64,000 nucleotides of DNA from an uncultured Prolixibacteraceae bacterium (lineage in GTDB: Bacteria; Bacteroidota; Bacteroidia; Bacteroidales; Prolixibacteraceae), in the NCBI GenBank assembly GCA_963769925.1, contig CAVYOB010000018.1:19290-83289 (forward strand), given 5' to 3'. The position numbers and the translations under genes are program-made. This document shows, one piece after another, positions 1-9,394 of the stretch (within the stretch, counting starts at the first letter, position 1; every line of letters begins with the position of its first letter). The notes under the pieces are model-generated. The model had not been told where the DNA came from, made no database searches, and saw only the letters and a program-made list of their open reading frames with translations.

Positions 1-372
1 GCAGCTACTTTAACCGTTGGCTCGCCCGGAGTTTTACATGCCTGTAAAACCATGCTCATGCAAAACAGTGATGGACAGATTACGGAACCCTACTCAATTT
101 CTGCCGGACTCGACTACCCGGGAATTGGCCCGATGCATGCAAATCTGTTTAAAACAGGCCGGGCAAAATATCTTTCTGCCACCGACGAAGAAGTCTTACA
201 TGCAGCTTTACTGTTAACTCAAAAAGAAGGAATTATTCCTGCCCTGGAATCGGCACATGCACTGGCGGCATTGGAGAAAGTTAAAATGAATCCTGATGAT
301 ATTAATGTGATTAATCTTTCAGGCAGCGGAAATAAAGACATGGAGACTTATTTAAATTATTTTGGATATTAA
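1..372 (+). CDS. trpB: Tryptophan synthase beta chain, 3' part (runs off window start)
   Basis: Frame open from base 1 (AATLTVGSPGVLH...); motifs SISAGLDYPGIGP, EGIIPALESAHA, NLSGSGNKD; trpA downstream. Confidence 0.95.
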   Translation, partial: AATLTVGSPGVLHACKTMLMQNSDGQITEPYSISAGLDYPGIGPMHANLFKTGRAKYLSATDEEVLHAALLLTQKEGIIPALESAHALAALEKVKMNPDDINVINLSGSGNKDMETYLNYFGY

Positions 373-376
373 ATGC

Positions 377-411
377 TGTCATTTCGAAGAAGGTACGACT
401 GAGAAATCTGT
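377..411 (+). repeat. Left copy of inverted repeat flanking the GIY-YIG gene (REP-like)
   Basis: TGTCATTTCGAAGAAGGTACGACTGAGAAATCTGT; both ends match the reverse complement of 729-761. Confidence 0.85.
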
Positions 412-423
412 ATCATAAAAACG

Positions 424-726
424 ATGAAAGATCATAATTACTTTGTTTACATTGTCACAAATAAGAATAAGACTGTTCTTTATATCGGGATTACAAATGA
501 TTTGCAACGAAGAATCTATGAACACGAAAATAAGTTGATACCCGGATTCACAAAAAAATATAATTGCAATTATTTAATTTACTATGAGCATTTCCAACAA
601 ATAGAATATGCTATTGAGAGAGAAAAAGAAATAAAAAAATGGAGGCGGGAGAAAAAAGAGAATCTGATAAATCAATTTAATCCAGAATGGAAGTTTCTTA
701 ATGAAGACATATACGAATCTTTGTAG
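424..726 (+). CDS. Small GIY-YIG nuclease family protein
   Basis: YFVYIV...LYIGITNDLQRRIYEH...AIEREKEIKKWRREKK...NPEW; 100 aa. Confidence 0.93.
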   Translation: MKDHNYFVYIVTNKNKTVLYIGITNDLQRRIYEHENKLIPGFTKKYNCNYLIYYEHFQQIEYAIEREKEIKKWRREKKENLINQFNPEWKFLNEDIYESL

Positions 727-728
727 AA

Positions 729-761
729 ACAGATTTCTCCTTCTTCGTCGTCGAAATGACA
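729..761 (-). repeat. Right copy of inverted repeat flanking the GIY-YIG gene
   Basis: ACAGATTTCTCCTTCTTCGTCGTCGAAATGACA; reverse complement TGTCATTTCGACGACGAAGAAGGAGAAATCTGT. Confidence 0.85.
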
Positions 762-774
762 TAAAAACTACAGA

Positions 775-1557
775 ATGAAAAACAGGATAAATCAACTTTT
801 TGAATCGAAACAAGAAAACATACTTTCGGTGTATTTTACAGCCGGATTTCCAAATCTGAATAATACCGTAGAAATTATTCAGGAGTTAGAAAGAAATGGT
901 GTTGACCTCATCGAAATCGGAATTCCCTTTTCCGATCCCACAGCCGATGGTCCAACCATTCAGCATAGCAGCGAGGAAGCACTTAAAAACGGAATGAGCC
1001 TGAAGCTGCTTTTTGAACAGTTAAAAGAAATTCGCCAATCAGTAAAAGTACCTTTGATTTTGATGGGTTATGTTAATCCTGTGCTACAGTTTGGCGTGGA
1101 AAAGTTCTGCAGAAAATGTAGTGAAATTGGCATTGATGGAACTATATTACCCGATCTTCCGCTGGAAGAGTTTGAAGAACATTACAAAGAAATATTCACA
1201 ATAAATAACCTTCACAATATTTTACTGATTACACCTCAAACTTCAGAAAAACGAATCCGGCAAATAGATGAAGCTTCAGAAGGATTTATTTACATGGTTT
1301 CATCAGCATCGACTACAGGCGCCGGAAAGAAAGTCGAAGATTTTCATCAGGATTATTTTGAACGTATTCAACAAATGAACCTGAAAAATCCGCGATTGAT
1401 CGGATTTGGAATTTCAGATCATGACACATTCACTAATGCCTGTAAATTTGCAAATGGCGCTATCATTGGAAGTGCTTTTGTAAAATCTTTTCAGGCTGAA
1501 ATTTCGTTGAAAGATGCTATTCGACAATTTGTGAAAAATACAATTTTACTGCACTAA
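775..1557 (+). CDS. trpA: Tryptophan synthase alpha chain
   Basis: YFTAGFP, IEIGIPFSDPTADGPTIQ, LMGYVNP, IGFGIS, GAIIGSAFVK. Confidence 0.97.
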   Translation: MKNRINQLFESKQENILSVYFTAGFPNLNNTVEIIQELERNGVDLIEIGIPFSDPTADGPTIQHSSEEALKNGMSLKLLFEQLKEIRQSVKVPLILMGYVNPVLQFGVEKFCRKCSEIGIDGTILPDLPLEEFEEHYKEIFTINNLHNILLITPQTSEKRIRQIDEASEGFIYMVSSASTTGAGKKVEDFHQDYFERIQQMNLKNPRLIGFGISDHDTFTNACKFANGAIIGSAFVKSFQAEISLKDAIRQFVKNTILLH

Positions 1558-1768
1558 AACAATTATTCTCCCGTGCCAAAAAATCTTTTTGGAAAATCAT
1601 GTTTTCAAACAGGTTTAACACTTTTTTTTTGTAATAAACTGCCATTCAGCAGACTGCTAATATACCTTTTGGAATTTTATTGTTAACGATTGTTAAACCC
1701 TTTTTTATAACATAACAAAAATGGAAAATCAAGGTTATTTTAATGACGAAATATAAAAGATCAATGCT

Positions 1769-1960
1769 ATGTTGGAGTACGCTAAAACAATATTACCAAA
1801 AGTAAGTTTCAGCAAAGATTTATTCAGTAAAGAATTGAATAAATGTATTGATTGGGTTGAAAAAGAAGAACTGCGGGAATTGTACCTGTGGTGTTATGAG
1901 AATTTCGGAGAGATTTATCCGGACGTGCTTTCTAAAGCATTTGCAAATGTTGCAGCTTAA
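1769..1960 (+). CDS. Small hypothetical protein (63 aa) of a type seen in Bacteroidota
   Basis: MLEYAKTILPKVSF..LFSKEL.K; A-rich start context; followed directly by a terminator. Confidence 0.75.
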   Translation: MLEYAKTILPKVSFSKDLFSKELNKCIDWVEKEELRELYLWCYENFGEIYPDVLSKAFANVAA

Positions 1961-1968
1961 ATAAGTTT

Positions 1969-1995
1969 AAGGCGGGAATTTCACCCGCCTTTTTT
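1969..1995 (+). terminator. Intrinsic terminator
   Basis: AAGGCGGG-aatttca-CCCGCCTT followed by a T tract. Confidence 0.85.
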
Positions 1996-2149
1996 GTTGC
2001 TACTACCCGGGATTAATCTGCAAATAACTGTTTATTCCTATCCAAATACACTCCTCATCAACTTTCCACACTGGCATATAAATAGCCTTCTTTTACTTTC
2101 TGAAATTAGTCATTTATTGAATTAATCACTCCCCGATTGATTGTTTACC

Positions 2150-2345
2150 TATGTTTGAATTAAAAGCCAAAAAATCCAAATTGTGGATCATTATAAAATA
2201 TTCATTTCGGGGAAGTAAGGGGATTATTAAAATGAAGCACATCTGAAATTACATAGTTCAATAATGTTACTTAATGTAATAAGGTGCAAATATCTGATCT
2301 AGTGGCAGATATTTAAACTCCCGTTTCCCCGGCGGGAGTTTTTTT
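2150..2345 (+). promoter_or_regulatory. susC leader copy 1: -7 promoter element, hairpin and terminator
   Basis: TATGTTTG at 2150; hairpin 2288-2314; terminator AAACTCCCG..CGGGAGTTTTTTT at 2315-2345. Confidence 0.65.
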
Positions 2346-2395
2346 AGGAAAAAATGCATATGAGCTTGCTTTATTATTAACATAAATTTTTATCT

Positions 2396-2518
2396 ATGAA
2401 AAAACTACTGCTTACAGTAATGGCTTTGTTTTTCGGCATAGTTGTTATGTAAGCCCAAACAAAGCAAATTAACGGGCGAGTAATTGTCGAAGGCGGCTCC
2501 CCGATTCCGGGATATTAG
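2396..2518 (+). pseudogene. Truncated duplicate of the susC 5' end
   Basis: MKKLLLTVMALFFGIVVM*AQTKQINGRVIVEGGSPIPGY* versus SusC N-terminus MKKLLLTVMALCFGIVAIYAQTKQISGKVIGDDGSPIPGV. Confidence 0.9.
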
Positions 2519-2780
2519 CAAAATACCAAAATGCAAGGTTTTTAGGATTAGTCAGACAGATATAAATAGTTTACCTGAGACAAAGTAAAATCCCGCTTAA
2601 CAAAAAGAGAGGTCGCCAAAACCATCTCTTTTTTTGATTATCCTGAATCTGCAAACCACTAAATATGATCTACAAACACCAAATAAATATAAACGTCCTG
2701 CTTTATATAGTAAATATTTCCATTCGCATATCGATAATGGTCATTGGTTGATTTTAAAAATTCTTAACGACATGTTTTGT

Positions 2781-2998
2781 TATGTTTGAATCAAAAGCCA
2801 TTAGAAGAAAGGTTTAGCAATGCGTTCAATCTAATTTATTCATTATTCGGGGAATTCGGTGATTAAAACTTTAACAAGGCACTACTTTATTTACATAGAA
2901 ATAGTTTTAAACAGCATTACCAAAAAAATGTAAAATGTGCAAAATATCATACCGTTAGGTAGATATTAACTCCCGCTTCCTCAGCGGGAGTTTTTTTT
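2781..2998 (+). promoter_or_regulatory. susC leader copy 2: -7 promoter element, hairpin and leader terminator (attenuator-like)
   Basis: TATGTTTG at 2781; hairpin 2943-2967; terminator AACTCCCGC..GCGGGAGTTTTTTTT at 2968-2998, about 80 nt before the susC ATG. Confidence 0.7.
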
Positions 2999-3077
2999 AT
3001 CCTAAAAAAACGCATTCCTGAAACCGGGAATTGGCCTGACAAGAAAAGACCTTAGTATTAATATAAATTATTGTTCT

Positions 3078-6000
3078 ATGAAAAAACTACTGCTTACAGT
3101 AATGGCTTTGTGTTTTGGGATAGTTGCAATCTATGCTCAGACAAAGCAAATTAGCGGGAAAGTAATTGGTGATGACGGTTCTCCCATTCCGGGAGTTTCA
3201 GTAGCCGTAAAGGGAACTACAACCGGCACAATTACAAATCCCGACGGAGAATTTACATTAACGGTTCCCGAAGACCAGGTTCTTACCTTTTCGTTTGTAG
3301 GGATGAAAACAGTGGATGTTCCCATTACTTCAAGTAATACCTACAATGTTACTATGCTTCCGGATATTATAGGTGTTGATGAGGTTATGGTTGTTGCTTA
3401 TGGTACTGCCAAAAAAGAATCGTTTACGGGCTCTGCCGAAGTTATTAATAACGATGTTTTGGAAAAACGGCCTGTTGCAAACATTTCAAAAGCTATTGAA
3501 GGACAAGTTGCCGGTGTTCAGGCTACGTCTGGTTCAGGACAGCCAGGAGATGGCGCCAGTATCGTTATCCGTGGTTTCGGATCCATCAACTCAAGCAATA
3601 ATCCTTTGTACGTAGTTGATGGTGTTCCTTTTGACGGTGATTTAAACTCAATCAATCCCGGAGACATTGAATCGATGACTATTTTAAAAGATGCTTCCGC
3701 AGGGGCGCTTTACGGTTCTCGTGGAGCTAATGGTGTAGTAGTTATTACAACAAAAAAAGGAAACGCAGAAAAGCTTTCAGTTGACTTCAAAGCTACGTAC
3801 GGCTTTTCGGACAGGGCAATTAAGCCGTATAAAACACTAAATACAGCCGATTTTATTGAAGCTTCGTTTCAGGGATATAAAAATGACTTGATTTACAACG
3901 GTGGTGTACATCCCGATCAGGCTGGTGCAATGGCTGTTGAAGCGATGAAAGGCGGTACCGGAATTTTTGGATCCAATGAAATGTATAATCCATACAACAT
4001 GCCGGTTTCTGAATTAATTGATCCTGAAACCGGGAAAGTAAATCCATCTGCCAAACTTTTGTATGAAACAAATTGGATGGATGAAATTACCAACAAAGAT
4101 GCAGCCCGCCAGGAATACCAGCTATTTATTAACGGTGGTTCCGAAACCTCAAAGATTTTTGCTTCTATTGCTTATCTGAAAGATGACGGATTACTAAAGA
4201 CGACTAATTTTGAACGAATCTCAGGTAGGATTGGCGCCGAAATGGAACCTAAAACATGGTTAAAGTATGGAGGAAATGTCAACTTTTCGAAAACCGATAA
4301 AAATTACCTGGGATACGAAAACACTACTTCCAATTCAAACGTATGGTATTCAGCACAATATATGGCTCCTATTTACCCGGTATATATTCAGGACGAAAAC
4401 GGAAATCCGGTACTTTCTGAAACCGGGGAAAAACAGTTTGACTACGGTAGAACAAGGCCGGCAGGGGCAAATCCAAACTGGAGCCCGGTGGCTACACTTT
4501 TTAACGATGCCTATGAAACTGTTGCAGATAACTTATCAGGAAGATTTCACCTTGACCTTTTAGGCAAAGGTATTTATCAACCTCTCGAAGGTTTATCCCT
4601 GTCGACAAATGTTGGATTTGATTATATCAATTCAAACCAAACTACCTACTGGAATCCGGATTTCGGTAACGCCGCAACAGTTGGCGGATTGCTTGACCTG
4701 GTAAATAATCGTAATTTTTCTTATACAATTAATGAACTTCTTCGGTATAAGAAAGATTTTGGAAAGCACAGTATTAATGTATTGGCCGGACACGAATTCT
4801 ATGAATTGGTAATCAACCAAATGCAAGGACAAAAAACCGGTTTCCCTTATGCAGGCATCAAACAACTGGCTCCGGGTTCAACCATTTCATTACTTACATC
4901 TTTTGAAGATAACTACGCTATAGAATCTTTCTTAAGCAATTTAACTTACGATTTTGCCGACAGGTATTATTTATCAGCCAGTTTCAGAACCGATGGTTCA
5001 TCGCGTTTTAACAAAGATTTCCGTTGGGGACAGTTCTGGTCAATTGGTGCATCGTGGAGAATTAGTGAAGAAAGTTTTATGCAAGACGTAAAGTTTGTCG
5101 ATAACTTAAAACTTAAAGCCAGTTACGGGAAACAGGGAAATGACAATATAGGAACTTACTACGGATGGCAATCGCTTTACAGCCTCGACTGGGCAAATGC
5201 CAATCTAAACGGGGCTTTACTTTCATCGCTGGAAAATACTTCCATAAAGTGGGAAGAAAACAACAATTTTAATGTGGGTGTCGAAGGAATTCTTTTGGAC
5301 CGTATTGAGTTTGGTCTTGAGTATTATCAGCGAAGAACGGTTGACATGCTGATGCAAAAACCACTGGCAACTTCACTGGGCTTCGACAGTTACTGGGCCA
5401 ACGTTGGTGAGATGTTGAATTCGGGTCTTGAATTCAATACGAAAGTAAGTGTGGTTAATTCCAATAATTTTAGCTGGAGTGCAAATTTGAACCTTACTAC
5501 CCTTAAAAATGAGATTGTAAAACTTGACGGAGAAAAAGACCAGATCGTTAACGGTAACCTTATTCAAAAGAAAGGAGAAGAAATTAATTCTTATTACCTG
5601 ACACGGTCAGCAGGTGTTGATATTACAACCGGAGCCCAGCTGTATTGGGTGTACGATAAGGACGCTGAAGGAAATCCTGGGGAACCATATATCTCCAACG
5701 ATTACCAGAAAGCATCGCAAAGTAAGATAATTGCAGGCAGCCGTATTCCCGATTTTTACGGGGCTTTCGGTAGCGATTTCGTTATTTACAAAAACTTCGA
5801 TCTGTCGTTTATGACTACATTCTCAGTGGGTGGTGAAATCAGGGACGGAGTTTATCTCGGGCTGTTAAATCCAACCTACATCGGAACTAATTATGCAGCT
5901 AACATAGAAAGGGCATGGAGGAAACCCGGAGATGTTACCGATATTCCCAGGATACAAAACGGAACCGGTTTTTCGCGCCCGTTCACTGACAGTCAACTTA

Positions 6001-6230
6001 TTGATGCCTCTTACTTTGCCATCAAAAACATTACATTTGGATATACCTTACCAAAAAGAATACTTCAAAAAGCAGGCATTGGGAGTATAAGGGCTTATGT
6101 TGCATTCGACAATGTGGCACTGTTCACTCACTTAGATGGTTTGAATCCGCAATATGATTTTACCGGATCTACCAACTTTTCATATTCTCCTGTTAGAACA
6201 AGTCTATTGGGAATTGAATTAAAATTTTAA
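3078..6230 (+). CDS. susC: SusC/RagA family TonB-dependent transporter
   Basis: Signal peptide, N-terminal CarboxypepD-reg-like domain, PLYVVDGVP, ILKDASAGALYGSRGANGVVVITTKKG, C-terminal F. Confidence 0.97.
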   Translation: MKKLLLTVMALCFGIVAIYAQTKQISGKVIGDDGSPIPGVSVAVKGTTTGTITNPDGEFTLTVPEDQVLTFSFVGMKTVDVPITSSNTYNVTMLPDIIGVDEVMVVAYGTAKKESFTGSAEVINNDVLEKRPVANISKAIEGQVAGVQATSGSGQPGDGASIVIRGFGSINSSNNPLYVVDGVPFDGDLNSINPGDIESMTILKDASAGALYGSRGANGVVVITTKKGNAEKLSVDFKATYGFSDRAIKPYKTLNTADFIEASFQGYKNDLIYNGGVHPDQAGAMAVEAMKGGTGIFGSNEMYNPYNMPVSELIDPETGKVNPSAKLLYETNWMDEITNKDAARQEYQLFINGGSETSKIFASIAYLKDDGLLKTTNFERISGRIGAEMEPKTWLKYGGNVNFSKTDKNYLGYENTTSNSNVWYSAQYMAPIYPVYIQDENGNPVLSETGEKQFDYGRTRPAGANPNWSPVATLFNDAYETVADNLSGRFHLDLLGKGIYQPLEGLSLSTNVGFDYINSNQTTYWNPDFGNAATVGGLLDLVNNRNFSYTINELLRYKKDFGKHSINVLAGHEFYELVINQMQGQKTGFPYAGIKQLAPGSTISLLTSFEDNYAIESFLSNLTYDFADRYYLSASFRTDGSSRFNKDFRWGQFWSIGASWRISEESFMQDVKFVDNLKLKASYGKQGNDNIGTYYGWQSLYSLDWANANLNGALLSSLENTSIKWEENNNFNVGVEGILLDRIEFGLEYYQRRTVDMLMQKPLATSLGFDSYWANVGEMLNSGLEFNTKVSVVNSNNFSWSANLNLTTLKNEIVKLDGEKDQIVNGNLIQKKGEEINSYYLTRSAGVDITTGAQLYWVYDKDAEGNPGEPYISNDYQKASQSKIIAGSRIPDFYGAFGSDFVIYKNFDLSFMTTFSVGGEIRDGVYLGLLNPTYIGTNYAANIERAWRKPGDVTDIPRIQNGTGFSRPFTDSQLIDASYFAIKNITFGYTLPKRILQKAGIGSIRAYVAFDNVALFTHLDGLNPQYDFTGSTNFSYSPVRTSLLGIELKF

Positions 6231-6242
6231 AACAATTACATC

Positions 6243-7820
6243 ATGAAGATTTATAAGATTCTTATCATATTGATTTTTTCTGTAGCGACTTTCTCCTGCC
6301 AGGATCAATTGGATACAAATCCTACAGATAGTACTTCCGGCGATGTATTATTTTCCGATGTTGAGAAAGCAAATGTTGCACTTAACGGAATTTACAGAGC
6401 TATGTACGTTGCTTCACAGTGGTCAGCAAACTGGGCCGACGAAGAGTTTGGAACTATGGCCTTTACTTTAACCTACGATTTAATGGCCGAAGATATGGTT
6501 CAACATGAAGGTGGAAGCGGATGGTTTTGGTTTGATTACAAATACAATGTAAAATCGGATTATACACATAAAAGCGGACGACCTTACGCCGTTTGGTATT
6601 TTTACTACACTGTTATTTCAAATGCAAATGCAATTATTGCAGCGCAGGATGGAATGACAGGGGCCCCTTCTGAAATCAGCAGCTTAATTGGCCAGGCTTA
6701 TGCCTTGCGGGCTTATTCATACTTTAACCTGATCCGTTTTTATCAGCAAACATACAAAGGAAATGAAGATGCTCCCGGCGTGCCAATTTATACTGAACCA
6801 ACCACAAACGCTTCAGAAGGTAAACCAAGAGGAACAGTAGCCGATGTCTATTTGCAAATTGATGCTGATATGGAACAGGCCTTGCAATTGCTTAACCCGG
6901 ATGTTGCAGCACCTCGCTCGCATATTTCGCATATCGATTATTATTCGGCAAATGGAATAAAAGCTAACATTGCCCTGGAAAAAAACGACTGGGCGACAGC
7001 TGAATCTGCTGCTGAAATTGCCATGAGCGGCGGAACTTCAATGCTTACCATGAGCGACCTGAATAAAGGTTTTGCTTTTAACGATGCAAGTGCAGGAACC
7101 GTCCTTTGGGGTGCCCAGATAATTGCTGAACAAGCCGACGGTTATCAGTCATTTTTTGGCCACATGGATGCCAGCACTGAATTTTATGCAGAAACAGCAA
7201 GAAAATGTATCAGTTCCTGGCTGTATGATCAAATATCGGATACCGATGTTCGCAAAAACTGGTGGCTGGGACCGCTTGATACAGATGCAGAAATAGGCCC
7301 TGAAGTAAGTTACAACCAGTTTAAATTTCAATTTTCTGATCCAACAAGTGCTTTGGGAGATTTGATTTACATGCGTCACGAAGAAATGATGCTTATCCAG
7401 GCAGAAGCCATGTGTATGCAGGGTAAATATCCGGAAGCAAGATCGGTCCTGAATGAATTAATGGCTCAGCGCGATCCGAATTATGATATTTCGTCATTGT
7501 CAAACGCAAATACATTAACAACGAATGATCCTAACGGACCAACAACACCAGTTGGTGGTTCTGTTACACTTCTCGATGAAATTATTTTACAACGAAGAAT
7601 TGAACTGTGGGGAGAAGTTGGCCGGATTATGGACATTAAACGACTAAAAACAGGCTTTACCAGAGATTTTGAAGGCAGCAACCATACCGACAAACTGTTA
7701 TCGAGAAACACGCTGGATCCAGAATATCCTGACTTTGTAATGTCGATTCCACAATCGGAATTTGATGGTAACAGCAACATGGATGAAACTATCGATCAGA
7801 ATCCATTGGCCGATAATTAA
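6243..7820 (+). CDS. susD: SusD/RagB family lipoprotein
   Basis: Lipobox TFSC; GQAYALRAYSYFNL; YMRHEEMMLIQAEA; QRRIELWGE. Confidence 0.95.
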   Translation: MKIYKILIILIFSVATFSCQDQLDTNPTDSTSGDVLFSDVEKANVALNGIYRAMYVASQWSANWADEEFGTMAFTLTYDLMAEDMVQHEGGSGWFWFDYKYNVKSDYTHKSGRPYAVWYFYYTVISNANAIIAAQDGMTGAPSEISSLIGQAYALRAYSYFNLIRFYQQTYKGNEDAPGVPIYTEPTTNASEGKPRGTVADVYLQIDADMEQALQLLNPDVAAPRSHISHIDYYSANGIKANIALEKNDWATAESAAEIAMSGGTSMLTMSDLNKGFAFNDASAGTVLWGAQIIAEQADGYQSFFGHMDASTEFYAETARKCISSWLYDQISDTDVRKNWWLGPLDTDAEIGPEVSYNQFKFQFSDPTSALGDLIYMRHEEMMLIQAEAMCMQGKYPEARSVLNELMAQRDPNYDISSLSNANTLTTNDPNGPTTPVGGSVTLLDEIILQRRIELWGEVGRIMDIKRLKTGFTRDFEGSNHTDKLLSRNTLDPEYPDFVMSIPQSEFDGNSNMDETIDQNPLADN

Positions 7821-7839
7821 ACACTAAAAAATTGACACT

Positions 7840-8601
7840 ATGAAAAATATATTTTCAATCTTAATTATCCTGACAATGATATTTGTTTCCTGCGATCAGG
7901 AAAATATTGGGACAATTTACGAACCTGCGGCACCTTACGTTGCTTTCAGTTCTTCCGTAGTTCCGCAAAATTTTCTTAATGCCGGAAATAATTATTCGGT
8001 GAGCGTGCAAATTGTTCGCTCAAACTTAAATGAACCTACTACAGCTGAAGTTTCGCTGGAAATGACCAGCGACATTGAAGGTGTATTTGCTCTTGAATCG
8101 AACTCGGTTACTTTTGAAGATGGAATGGGAAAAGCCTATGTAAAAATTGTTCCCGTAGTTGCGCCGGAGTTAATTAACCCTGCAAAGACTTACACGTTCA
8201 ATCTAACATTAACGGGTGATAATGTTTCCGAACTATACAATACTACCATTTACAAAGCCGGGTTTAAACTCACTTATGTTGAAGCGGGCACAGGTGACTT
8301 TGTTTCAGAGTTCTTTGGAGATGAATGGTCGGTTGATCTTTTAAAAGCAGATTTGGGCAACAACCTTACCGTTTACAAAGCAAAAGAACTTTATGATGTT
8401 GGTTACGACATTATTATTGTTGTTAGTGGTGATAATGTGACGGTTGCTGCTCAGCCTGCATGGTATTACGATGAATACGGTGAAGTTTACTGCATGGGTG
8501 AAGGCACAATCAGTGGTAAAGTCATCACAATGAGTCTAACGCATTATATTCCGGATGTATTTGCATGGGACCCGGCAACTGAGGTATTAACGCTGCCGTA
8601 G
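7840..8601 (+). CDS. Surface lipoprotein associated with SusCD
   Basis: Lipobox FVSC followed by DQEN; beta-rich; last gene of the operon. Confidence 0.8.
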   Translation: MKNIFSILIILTMIFVSCDQENIGTIYEPAAPYVAFSSSVVPQNFLNAGNNYSVSVQIVRSNLNEPTTAEVSLEMTSDIEGVFALESNSVTFEDGMGKAYVKIVPVVAPELINPAKTYTFNLTLTGDNVSELYNTTIYKAGFKLTYVEAGTGDFVSEFFGDEWSVDLLKADLGNNLTVYKAKELYDVGYDIIIVVSGDNVTVAAQPAWYYDEYGEVYCMGEGTISGKVITMSLTHYIPDVFAWDPATEVLTLP

Positions 8602-8619
8602 TAATAATTTTTGTTGCAT

Positions 8620-8659
8620 AATAAAGCCGTTCTTCTTTGGGTTGAACGGCTTTATTTTT
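8620..8659. terminator. Probable bidirectional terminator
   Basis: AATAAAGCCGTTC...GAACGGCTTTATT between convergent genes. Confidence 0.8.
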
Positions 8660-8677
8660 ACGATATTTTAAAAATTT

Positions 8678-9253
8678 CTAATTTACAATTTCCATTTCCA
8701 GTATTTTGACTGGCTTCACCAACATTTGTTCTTTATCTTTTTGTTGCTGAATTTTCCGAACTACATCCATACCTTTTACAACTTTCCCAAAAGCCGCAAA
8801 TCCCTGCTCGTCAGGATTTCGTTTTCCACCAAAATCAAGTTCAGGCTGATCACCAACACAAATGAAAAATTCAGTGGAAGCAGTTCCAGGTTCCATTCTT
8901 GCCATTGAAATGGTTCCGTCGAGATGTTTGATACCTGTTTGTTTTGTCGTTTCATGAACAATGGCAGGGATTTTATCAATCACTGAATCATCATACAAAC
9001 CACCCTGGATAACTTCAATTTTAACTTTATTCTGTGGTTGATTATCCATCCTTACTACCCGATAAAACACCGCATTTTTGTAGGTTCCTTTTTTGACATG
9101 ATATAAAAAGTTCTTTGCAGTTATCGGGGCTCGGCTTGTATCAACTTCAACAACTATAGTTCCCATACTTGTAGTAATTTCAACTTTTGGCAGCGCATTG
9201 GCATTAAATGAAAAAAGTAAAGCCAAAACAGAATACGACACCATCCGAAACAT
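8678..9253 (-). CDS. Exported cyclophilin-type peptidyl-prolyl isomerase
   Basis: APITAKNFL, FYRVV, IQGG, GTISMAR, EFFICV, AFGKVVKGMDVV; the 9253 start gives a signal peptide (ORF track starts at 9298). Confidence 0.92.
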   Translation of the reverse strand: MFRMVSYSVLALLFSFNANALPKVEITTSMGTIVVEVDTSRAPITAKNFLYHVKKGTYKNAVFYRVVRMDNQPQNKVKIEVIQGGLYDDSVIDKIPAIVHETTKQTGIKHLDGTISMARMEPGTASTEFFICVGDQPELDFGGKRNPDEQGFAAFGKVVKGMDVVRKIQQQKDKEQMLVKPVKILEMEIVN

Positions 9254-9394
9254 AGGGTTTCCCTTTTTGCAAAATGCTTTTATTATGATTTCAGACATAT
9301 TTCCACTTGTTTATTTTTATACCTTTAAGCCTCTTAATCCGGCGTTTCTATTCTGTTCCGGATTTTTGCATTTCGACAAATAAAAATAAGCATT

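Noticed and set aside
2546-2557. 12-bp match GATTAGTCAGAC to the reverse complement of the 63957 hairpin arm
   Set aside because: A single 12-mer match within 64 kb is expected by chance
2150-3200. Invertible promoter or susC shufflon
   Set aside because: The copies are direct rather than inverted, and no recombinase is present
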